Shown here in pieces: positions 44,701 to 56,700 of a stretch of 64,000 nucleotides of DNA; position 1 is the first letter of the stretch, and every line of letters begins with the position of its first letter. Source of the stretch: Candidatus Omnitrophota bacterium (GTDB taxonomy: Bacteria > Omnitrophota > Gorgyraeia > Zapsychrales > JAHFFX01); the NCBI GenBank assembly GCA_023247705.1, contig JAHFFY010000009.1:1688-65687 (forward strand). The letters are read 5' to 3'. A program made the translations under genes and the position numbers. The notes below the pieces were generated by a model. That model was not told where the DNA came from, searched no databases, and saw only the letters and a list, made by a program, of their open reading frames with translations.

Positions 44701-47700
44701 GAGATCTCTCGGACTTCCCATTTTTTATATCGATCAAAGGTATTGCGGTTGACCGCCCAATTGAATAATACAATCTGTGGTGTCATCGGGATTTCCAGCT
44801 GGCGGGTCTGACGCAGCCAAACATTGGAGATCTTCCAGTGATCGGAAAAGAGATCAACTCTCAACGGGAATCTCTGGTTCACATCTGCGTAAGTCCATTT
44901 TTTCATTTTCCGTAAAACCGGGATGCTCTGCCACCAGCGCAGCATTTGCTGGATATGAGGATGCAAATCTTCCCAACGCAAATAAGGCAACCACGCGTTA
45001 AGCGACCCCAACGCTTCCGGTGGAAGGGGGACTGTTCTTAAAGACAGCTGTGCCCAAAGTTCCCACACATAAACGATCCTCTCCAAATCAAACTGCCGTT
45101 GTTTAACGTCATTCGGTTTCCAAGAAGAAACATTCACCAGTGCTCCGGCCTTATCAATCAAAAGATCGACAAAACCGGAATACCGATCATGATCGTCATA
45201 ACTTAAATGAAGACGGGCTTCATTCCTCACTTCTTCGAGAGACATCTCTGGAGTTCGGGTTGTCTCTTGGGCCCGTTGGATCATGGCTCGAATGGAAGGT
45301 GGATAATTCTGCCGGGCGATGGTCTCCAGGTATTCCTTTTTCGATGGATCAATGGTCGGTAGCCATTTAGGAAGGGTGAGATGGATTTCTTGACGACCGT
45401 TTTCGCCTGAGGCCGTGCGGATCATCGCGGTCATTAAAATTTGCATCATGAAAAACATGCCCAGCCAAACGAACCCATTGAATTCGCCATACCAATCCAT
45501 ATCCAGGAAGAAAACGATCTGATTGGATTGGTCTGATGCATCCGGCGTCTTGCGAACCAGATTGTTCTTCTTCATCAAATAAATCACCCTCGTCGGTTTA
45601 ATATATAAGACTCGTGCGATGTCACCGGGTCCTTTCCCTTGGGCCAAAAGATGTGCAATCAATGTTTCCTCTCCATTGACGGCCGCAAAATAATCTTCGA
45701 CGCTTTGGGCCTTCTTCAAGGCCTCAGGAATTTCGGCATACTCCGCCAGTTTCGCCAATGCATAAAAATGGCTTTCGGTCGACAAAAGATCAAAATAAAT
45801 CTGATACGCGTTCAAGCCTTGTTCATTCAGGACTTTATCTTTGAGGTCCTTGTAGGCCTTGATCCAGTCGTCAAAGACCAGCCGTTCCAGATGTCGCTCA
45901 TAATCGGTCGCAAAATATTGTTCATTGGTCTTCGTGACCGGCCAATGCACGACGATCCCGGTTGCATGGCCCAGACTTTCGATCGTGTCGACCACATAAC
46001 CACGATCAATGCCGGATTTTCGTCCGACAAAATCCCCAAGAGCGGGCCAAGGCGCATAAAGACTGGAGCGCTGCAAGCTGAGCGGGAGTCTTTCTTCGGC
46101 CATGAGATACATATATTCGATGAAGGCGAATATTCTGGAATCGTTCATGAAAATCTTCAACAATGCATCCATTTCAGCGACATCCGCCATCAGGTGCAGT
46201 TGAATCGTCTCTTCAATCATTTTTTGGGCCAGATATCTTGTCAATTCCGGATATTCTTCACGCAAGGCCAGCTTCAACCAATCGATCAATTGATCTTCAT
46301 CAGCCGTTTGCAAAAGTTCGAGCGCTTTCGTTCTGGTCTCTGCGGGCGTCAACTTTAAAGACAACGACATTAATCGATCCTGGATATCAGACAACACCCC
46401 TCTGGGATTATTCCCCAGTAAACGTTCCATCACAGAAAAAAAGTCATCCAGATCGCTGAATTCACTTCCTTTCATCTCACGGCTTTTGAGAATCCGTTCG
46501 ATCTGTTCTCGCGAATAGCCGGCCCTCAGCAAATCAAAGGCATCGGCTCTATTTAAAAATTGGACAAATCGCACAACGAGATCCGGATCAATGTCGGCAA
46601 TCCATTGCCTCCGGTTTTCGACAGATGAAAAAGTCTGCCTGGTCTTAGCAACATTGTCTTGTTGACGTTGAGGTAAGCCCAATTTAAGACGTAATTTATC
46701 TTCGATATTAGACCTAGTTTTTCCAGGCAGGCCTTCTTCTTTAGAAGACTCGGAACGTAACGATTGTTCCAGTTGCAACCAAAAATCGTCCATGTCCTGA
46801 AATCTCCGGTTTTCGTCTTCCTCTAATGGCCGCTCAAACAGCAGTTGCAGGATCTTCGCATCTTGTTTTAAAATCGTGCCCCAAACGATTCGCGCTTGCG
46901 ATGGAGGCAAACGAGCTCTGAGCAAATCATCCCACTGCGCCCGGTTCAGGAAATGCACCATCACTGTCGCGGCATCCGTTGATTGAACCACTGTTAGGGC
47001 ATCGGCACTCGTATTTCCATCTTCGATAAAGGCAAAAATCGCATCAACAATTCTCAAAGCGCGGTCAGAACCAGTGATCTCGGATAAAGAATAAAGAGTT
47101 TTTAAAGAATCTTTTTCTTCAAAAATCTTTTTCGCCCAATATCTCGGGCCCTGAATGTTCGTCGCGGATATCCATCTGAAAAGTTGCGCCTCATCGGCGT
47201 CTTGTAACATTCGCAAGGCAGCCGCCTTTGTTTCATATCCCGGGATAAAAAGCGTCTGATTTCTCAGTCGGCGTTCAACATTATCATGCCAACGCGAATA
47301 TCCGCCGTGCGATCCCATCGATCGCCGGATGCCCCACCAAAAATCCCGTAAATGCGTTAATGGACGATCCGGCCATCCCAACTTACGTTTGGTCGCATAG
47401 ATGATGCTGGTATGATATCCTTGTAATCCTAGGCGTAACAAATCCAAACTCTCCGCCCGATTCAAAAAATCCAGAACGGCTGTGTCATCGTTATAAATGG
47501 TCGGTTCTTCACGTTGCGATGAGACAGCTCGTTGCTTGCGTACTGGGACGGGCACGATGTCCTGAGCATCGGCTGGATTGAAAAAATCCACAATCGCCTC
47601 TTCTGTATTGAATACCTCCTCCTCAACCCCCGGGGTTGGAAAGGTCGCCGTCGTTTCGTCCATGAGATTGTATAAATTCCTGACCAGAATCACCGTGCGG

Positions 47701-50700
47701 GCTGCACCGATCACATCGACCAGATCAAACAAACGGTTGATCCCTTGTTTGACTTTCCAGATATCCGAAACCAACGCTTCCGCTTTATTGAGCCCGGATA
47801 ACCAGGTCAACAACTCGGTGCTGGTTGCTTTATGGAATTGCTCTAAGGCTTGCGTTCTGACGGCAATCGGCGTGACCTCCAAGGTTTTGGTTTTTAAAAT
47901 CCGCGCGATAAATTTGTGCGTATGGGCATATCCTTTTCCGTGATAAATGTTCAAACGGTACCAAAATTCTTCATAACTCGAAAAATCACCACCTTGCTCT
48001 CGAACCGCGATCACAGCGTTGACATGAGCGATCTTAAATTCATTCAATAAAAGATCGATCTCATCCGCCGTGTTTAAAAAATCTAAAATACGCTCATCGT
48101 CGTTTTCCCCCTCTCTTCGCGCGGGCGGCGCCAGCCCTTCCTCATCCAAGACCATTCCCAAAAGATGTTCGATAAACTTCTTGAATTTCTCATCACTGAT
48201 ATTATAATCTGTCAAATCATATAACCCATTCGATTGCGCATCACGCAAACCGGTCCGGTTATTAAACACGTGCATCGCGAAGTATTTATTCTGATTGACG
48301 TCGGCGTAACCCTGCCAGGCGGTTGTCACCCAGATCTGAAGTTCGGCGTGCGTTGCGTTCACAACTTTATCGACCATTTTGGAAAGGACCGTGTGATCAA
48401 TCATCTCAAGAGGAGATTCATTTAAAATATTTTTCAGGCGGGTAAAAAGAAGTTTTGTTCCTGACCCCACTCTGAGTTCATCGCTCGCGGTCAAAAAGCG
48501 TTGCCCAAAATTATTCCAATTGGAAAATGTCCCATCCCTTCGCGCGCGCCGGATCGCCCGGACCGTCCAAAATCCCAGATCCAGCCTTAACAGATCAATC
48601 TCATCCGCCTCATTTAAAAAGCGGATGATCGCTGTTTCGGAATTGACCGATGAGGTGCCTTGGACGTCTGTTACGATTAGCGGTGTTTCATGTTCATCCG
48701 TGAAAATTACTCCACCCGGGACCATCCGATAAAGGAACCGGACCAGGAGCCGCAGCCGCTGTTCGGTCATGCCGTCAATATCACGCAGTTCATACAAATT
48801 CTCCAGCCTGACTTTTCGTGTCTCAAGATCAACGCTTCTCATGAACACATCGGTCCCGATCTGAGCAGGAATAACGCCGGTCGCACTGCCCCAGGCGCGT
48901 TTCAATAATTCAGTGATCCCCTCCTGACTCATCGTGACTAAAATCCTTCGAGCCTCTTGATTAAGTTCGCGATCGCTTAGAATCAAAGGATGGTCCTGTA
49001 GTTTATTCATCGAATCATTAATAATCACCTTGGCCCAACGGCCAAAGCCATCTCGTCGCGTTCTTGCCAAACGCTGCCATAAATCCGCGATATCCATTAA
49101 AGCCCCTTCTTGTTTTGTCCTTAAAACCAGATCAATCTCCAGATAATCCAATCCGGCCAACAATAAATCAATCGCCTGCGCCGCGTTCACAAATGAGAGG
49201 ATCTCCGCAGAAGAATTCCTGATCTTTGCGAATGTTTTTGTTTCCGCTGAATCCCCTTCCACCAGACCGTAAAGATATTCGGCGAATTTCAACACACGGT
49301 CCGGGCCCATCCCGGAAGAATGAACGTCAAAGATGGAATCGAGATCATAGCTGCTGTCAGAATTATAGTAATGCCGGGTGGCTATACTGATGGCATATCG
49401 TTCTTCCTTGGTGTATCGCGCATCATGGAAGGCGTTGCGGATCCAGACGGCGATTTGATCTTTGGAAGCGGCCTGTAACATTTTTAAAGCTTCTTCCCGA
49501 ACAATTTTGTCCGTTACCGTCAACCGGGCCGACCGCAATATACGCATGATCGTAATTCCCATAAAAGTGTATCGGTCAAGTTTGCTGAGAACGATCTTCA
49601 TCAGATCATTCCAAGAAAAAACTTTCTGATACAAACGTTGGGCCTGCGTTTGGTTTAAACCCACCCGCAGAAAATCGATCATGTCGGCTTCCCGCAAAAA
49701 ATCCAAGATTGCATCGTTGCTATTGATGCCTTCGATCTTCTCTTGAGTTTCGTTAGGCATCCGGGGGGACTGATCGATTGAGTCAGAAGCCGCTCCCAAT
49801 TCTTGCGTAGGCTCAAGAGATCCCGTCAACTCATCCAGGATAAGACGATATAAATATTCGGCTAATTTCCGGGCATTTTTTTCTGTGATCCTGATCGTGG
49901 TTAATTCATAAAGATTCCGGAAATGAATTTTTTGGGCGGCAATGATCGCAGCGGTGTAACGGGCAACTCCCGGGCGCTGATAAATCCTAATGCCGATCAG
50001 CCAGGATTCAATTTCGGATTCAGACGCCGATTGCAATCTGCGCAGGGCCTCTCGCTGCAACCACGGGGCCGTGACTTTCAAAACAGCGGAATCCAAAACC
50101 CGCTGGATCGCCGGTCTGATCTTGGTCGCGAAACCCGACGAACCGCGATCTTCCATCTTCTGCCAGAAATCCTCGAGACTATCAAACACGATCGGCTCGG
50201 AGACCGCGCTCTCATCTAATCGCACCAGCGGTTCATTGCGCGCGCCTAAAATGTGCAGGATGTGATTACGCAAAAGACCAATCTCCGGCGCCGCAAAATC
50301 AAATCCGTCCGCGATATTTAAAAACGCCAGCTGTCCTTCCGGAGTATTGGAAAAGATCAGATACGGTTCACCTCTCTCCATCGATCCCTCGGCCAGCTCT
50401 TTGACCTGCGTTCGCGGTTGAGGCGAAGAAGATTGATGTGGACCCGCCAGGGAAACACGCCCTTGCACGATAAGATAAAGATATTCGATAAACGTTCTGG
50501 TATTCTCGACGATCCCTAAGGTCGAGATCAACGGATAAAAATCTTGGAGAGAAAATTTTTGACCATAAATTAATTTTGCCTTTGATCGGATGATCTCAAA
50601 ACGCGAATAGATTTTGGCGCCGAGAATCAATTCCAAAATTTCTTCCTCCGAACTGGATTTGAGTTTCATCAGCGCGGAATCGCGCAGTTCAGAGGATGTC

Positions 50701-53700
50701 ACACGTAATGTGGCATAGGACAACGCATCTTCGATCGCCGGTTTCATCCGCGTTTTAAATCCATGAGGTCTCAACATTTGTATGGCTGACCAGAAGTCAT
50801 CCAGACTTTTAAACGGGATGTCGGTATCTTGCCTCTTCTCTCTGGCTTCTTTAATAATATAGTAAGCGGTGTTCCAGGTTAATCCGACGTCAGGATGAGT
50901 CATATCAAAAAGATCAGCGTCATTTAAAAACGCCAATTGGCCTTCCCGTGTATTTGGATAGATGATATAAAGTTCGGTGACCGGTTCGGGTTCCGGCACC
51001 GTTCCTTCGGCCAAACGGTGGAGATAAACAACGAATTGCCGGATCAATTCCTGTTCGACCCGATGATAGATGAGGATATGGCTGACCTTCTGTTGGATGT
51101 CCATATTGGACGACCGGATAAAAGAGAAAAGCTCCTCGGCCAGAAACCTTGTTTCCATCGCCGGCGAAGCGCCCCATGCCTGACTCAGCCATGCCGCGAA
51201 ATCCATGGCCTTCGCGCTGGAAATTCGCTGAATGACGCGATAACGGACATCGACCGATACGTTTTGCAACGGTTTCGTTCTGATCACTTCCTGAATACGC
51301 GCTTTCAATTGTTCATTGGTCAAATCAAACATCCGTCCCCAGAAATCGTCCATCCGTTTCCAAAGTTGCTCAAGCTCGGTGATGGGGCCGACTTTCATCG
51401 TGCGTTCAATGATGTCGATTTCCTCCCGAGTAAATTCATGGAGGACCAAATCAAAATGGTCCGCCTGGTTAAAGAATTTCACGGTGGACAATTGCTGTTG
51501 TTCATCCTGGAAGGATCTATATAAAGGACTTCGCTGATAGGCCACCCAAAGCGTCATGAACTCTTTATCTAATTGTGCAATAAACCGGCTCAATCGGGCA
51601 TCACGCATGATGTCCGCGGTCCCGTCCCATTTGCCGCGCTCTTGAAGAATCAGTGACTCAAACGCGTCGCTGCGATCTTTAATCCGACGATTCCGTTCCG
51701 ATGCAAATTCCGGACGTAATGCGCTTAAAAAGTCCCGTGTCTGTTCATAACTCAAATAAAATTGCTCCGGTGTTTGTTGAACAAAGAGAATGTCCTCGGC
51801 TTTGAAAAATTCGTCTTCCTGCTCTTCCCAGATCTTTACTACGGTATCAAGGCGTTCCCGGATGTTATCATCGAGATAGGTTTTGCCAGCCTGTAAAGCG
51901 GCCAATTTTACGGCAAAATCTTCGTAATTCTTTTCTCTCCGATCGATCTGGTCGTAATTGACAACATGTTCAATACGATCAACCTCAAACTCAATGTCTC
52001 GCCCTAAGAAAACCTCCAGTGTTTTTAAAACGTCGCGGTTCCATTCTTCCTCGAAATATTGCGGCTCTGATTCATGTTCTGGCCGTGATGGTCGAACGCG
52101 TCTTGGCCGGCGCAGACGCAGTTCTTGCGGTTTCAGCATTTCTAAAGCGCCCTCATTGAGCGGCCGCACTTTGACATACACGGTCACATGATAAGGCAAC
52201 GCGGTCATCTGACGGATCTGTTGGAGCATCTGCGGACCTTCGTCCCTTAAAATACTTTCCGCGCTTTCCCGGGATAAACGATTCCGATGGATATAATGCT
52301 GGGCCGCGATCTCATAACCGCCGATCTCGCGCAACATCCGGTCAAAATGACTTCCGATCAATGGCGCGCTCCTCGGAGATCCGACAATTAACACCGGATG
52401 ATCCTTAATATGTTCTTCTGTGATCGTCGTGCCGGCCGGCAACACGTCATATCCGGCATACAGCGCCTCCAAAGTCTTCAAGGCTTCTTTCATTTCGCGC
52501 GGGGTCAATAAATCCCAGACATAACTCGCCACGATCGCTTTAACGACATTCGCCTGATCCTGCCCTAAAAATCTTCTCATCTTATTTAAAACATCTTGGG
52601 TCTCGCTGATATCGGCGAGGATCTTATTGGGGTTGGGGGCGATTCCGCTGATCCCCTCATGCTGTTCAATATCGATCATATAATCTGACATCTCAAGCGG
52701 CCTGCCCTTTCGTCTTAAAACCTGTCTTAAGACCCGCCAGGCAATACTGACATTCGCTCCGACATCCAGCATAAACGGTGTTCCATCGATGTGCTCCGCG
52801 ATCCATTCGGCGATCCAAAGATTGGTATGATAAGAGGAGCGGCGGCGTTCCTGTTCGGTCAAATCAGGGATATCGGTTTTCCCCCAGCGCATACGGTCGT
52901 CGCGTAATAAATTCAATGTTCGGCGGATTTTCTCGTGCAGGTTGATAAAAAAGATCTGTTCGGTCTCCTCAACCACTTCACCGTTTCTGATCTTCTCTAA
53001 TAACGCGGTGAGCCGATCAAAATCATCCGCGGTGATCGCCACCAATTCTTTTCCGGCGTTTCTGCGTTCTTGATACAATTCTTCAGCCAATTCTAGACGG
53101 GTGACCATGCCCATGGCAACCCCGAGTGGAAATCCCGGCATCCTTCGTTGCCACACCCTTTCCATTTCTGTTTTGACCTGCTTGTAAGAGGCGATCTGCT
53201 CGTCTCCCAATTGATCTCGGCCCCAGACAGGTAAATTCCAGCTGCGTTCGGATTCAGGGACCAAACGATTCATAAAAGCCTGCATCTTTCTCATCTCGCG
53301 CAAGAGATCGCGTGCTTCCTTGATTTGCTGCAATTTTTGAGATCTCAACAAAATCCGTCGGGCATCGTGTTTTGCAAATCCGCCGAGGATGACCCGGATA
53401 TCCTGCGGTCCGACATAAATTTCCAATCCACTGGCCAGATTCACCACCTCATAAATCCACTGCGGATTATTTCCAAACTCATCGTGCCGATCTCCAGCCG
53501 TATTGGTCAAACCCGTCGCGCTGATATTCGGCTGAGTGGCGACAAGCAAACTCCTGATTATCCATCCTTCCTGTAGTCTGGCCCATTGCGCTTCGAGATC
53601 CTCTTCAAGATCTTCACCGGATAACTCGATCATGCGACGTTTTTTATCCTCGGTTGTGATCGAAACCCTTCTGTGCAGATCCACGAGCACCTCGCTGAAG

Positions 53701-56700
53701 CGCACATCCCATTCGCCGAACAGTTCCCGTTGCAGGGCCCGTAAAAGATAGTGATGCGCCATAGTCCCACGTCCCTCTGACTGTAAGTCCTTCGCCCGGC
53801 GGGCCAAGACGCGGCTGTCCCGGCGTCTCAGTTCTAAAATAGATTGTTCAGTCCCGATGTGCACGATGAGATCCATTCGCGCGCGCTGTTCGTTTAATTC
53901 CAAAATCAGTCGATGGGAATCAGAAATCTGTTCAGATCCCATGTATTCTCCGAGTTCGTGGAAATACGATAACGCCCGGATCATCGGTTCCGGATGGTTG
54001 ACTAATTTGTGATATAACGCGATTGTTTGTTTGTGAGGGAGGGCCACACCCAACAGATCAGCGATCAAAATTCGGAAGGAATAAATCTTTTCCAATCCCG
54101 GCGGTGCGTGGAAGAGTTGATATAAGGCGCTCAATAAATCATAGGCGTGGGATTCTTCCCGCGCCAGGATTCCCAGCAACGTTAATAAAATTTTTTCTAA
54201 ATCCACGGAAATTTCATCCAGAGGATTAGCAAATGGTCGGTTGGGTTCGGCGTTTTTGATGATTCGCAAATGTGGCCTGCCGTTTTTATGTTCAATCCCG
54301 ATGGCACGAGCCTGGTTCCCTAATTGTCCAAATTCCTCCGGTGTTTCTCCTGGACCTTTCTCTTTGTGTTCTGATCCTGAACTCGATTGATCCGGCAAAT
54401 CTGTTGTTTCAGATCCTTCTTTTCTCTTCTCGGCAATGAGCTTTCTGATTTTTTCTAATACCTCTTGGGTGGAAATTTTTCCACTCTTTACGTCTTCCGG
54501 AGGAGCGATACGATCAAGTTCTCGCATCCCCAACTCTCCGGTGAGAGACCGATACTCATTGACCGCCTCGAGCAAATCCAACACGGATTGATTGGCCATG
54601 CCTTCCGGTAAACTAAATCGCATTTCGTTTGATGATGTATTAAAAATAACCCCTGGCCTTCTGACCGGTTGCTGTTGAGGCTGTTGGGCCGGAGTCCTTT
54701 TCCATTGCTCGATGGCAAATAAACGGATATGGTCTGCGATCTTAGTCTCGTCGTTGTTTCTAAGGTTAAATCGCACGCCTTTCGTTTGAAAATACTGTCT
54801 TAAATCAGCGCGATTCTGTACAATCATCAATTCTTCCAAGACCCGTTGGCTATTCTTAACGGCCCGTCTGTTCTTTCCATCCTCACTGAGTTCCAATTCA
54901 AAAGCTCTTAACCAGTCGATCAATTCCTGAATCTCCTTCGCGAATGGTTTAATTTGACTGACACGGTTGATCAATTCTTCCCTCAATGCGGATGTGATTT
55001 GCGGGAATGGATTCACCCAAGAATTTTGGATCATCTCGACCATCTGACGATAATTTTGTCTTTCTCCATAGATTTCTAAAAGCAAATGCGTGATGGCAGG
55101 CAAGGGAATTTGTTTGATCGTTATGAACGGATCTGGAATGTCTCTATCCGGGTTATAATCCGGTAAAATACGATAACGTAAAAACTGAAGCTCCAATAAC
55201 GATTGAATCATAATGACCGGTTCCAGATGCAATACAGCTGCCTCTTCTGTTCGGCCGGTTCTAAACATTTCCTGAATGAGTTTCGCCTCTAAAGCGATAT
55301 AAACAGACATCGTGTCTTTTTGTCCGGTTGCCCCCAAAGATCTGGCCATGACCGGAATATTCATCCGCTTTAACTGACTATAAAGTCCGATGCCCACATC
55401 GAATCCTATAAAAGCGATCCTCTTCGTCGGGTACTCTTGATAAAGTTGGACCAACCGCTCCAAGATCTGACGTTTTCGGACGATCCGGGCCTTCGCGGAG
55501 TATATGATCTCCTGAGTAAAATAATTGATTCCTTCTCTCAAATGTCCTGATTTAAGCGCAGCGCGGACTAAACGGTTTTGCCTTACCCCTTGGGAATCCC
55601 AATGATTCCGCGGAATCCCCAACGTATAAATCTTTTTCCCTCTTCCGGCGAGAAGTTCAAATAAAAATTTCAGGCTGTTTTTAAGATCTAACGCGTCCTG
55701 GTTAGAAACTTCCATGTCAGTCATAAGCTCAGCCAATTTCGATCGATCTTGAGATAACTCATCCAGAAATTCCTGCTGGAGGTGCATTTCTTCGATGATG
55801 ACAATATCCGCCGTTGCGATCATCTGATTTAACTCTTCTGCGACTTGATTAAAATGTTCCATGTCACTTAAATAAAGTTTTATTCCCGGGGATTGCTCGA
55901 ATCGTTGCTGCCGGGTTTGAATGATTTCGGGTGGTGTTCTCCTGGTGGATGCAACGATCCGTTGTCTTACCGGAACTTGCGGACTATTCGTTACGTCTGT
56001 TGACTCTGGTTCTTGAACAAGCCCTTCCTCTTCGACCGTTTCAGTTAGTTCATTAGTCGTCAATTCTGAAGGCGGTGTCCGTGTTACATTAGCTTGTGCT
56101 AAGGAAACATCCTGTCCGGAAAAAAGGTTCGTTTGTTCTGCAGACTCGACGTCTTCCGGTCCGATATGATCAATCGACAAAACTTCTTCTTGAGTTGGCT
56201 GCGCCTGACTCGCCATCGCCATCATATTCAAAGCCCCGCGTAAAGCACGCATCGCATCGGTTAACGTCTCAATCCCTAACCCGATCATCCATTCTTCGAC
56301 TCTTTGTTGCGCTCGTAGAATTCCTTGCTCGGTCTTCAATGAAGCTAATTTTAATTCCGAAACGATATTAAATAATTCCCGAATCTGCTCGGAGGAAAGG
56401 GATCGCATGATGTTGGAAATCAGACCTGACCAGGTATAAACCATTAAATATCGACCTCCATTCCATAATTTGTCCACGGCATCATAAACAACGCTCTCTT
56501 CTATTAAACGGTCTATTTCTTGCGGTGTGAGATAAGAAGAAATCTGATGTTGCATTATTCTCTCAACAGGACTCAACAATCTCACGATATCTTCCGGTGC
56601 TTGAAGAACGATGCCCCTATATTCCGAAGGCATTTCTTTTTCTCCTCCGATCCGGTTATCCATGCGCAGGCTAATGACGACCCGGTTTCGGTTGGTCTTC

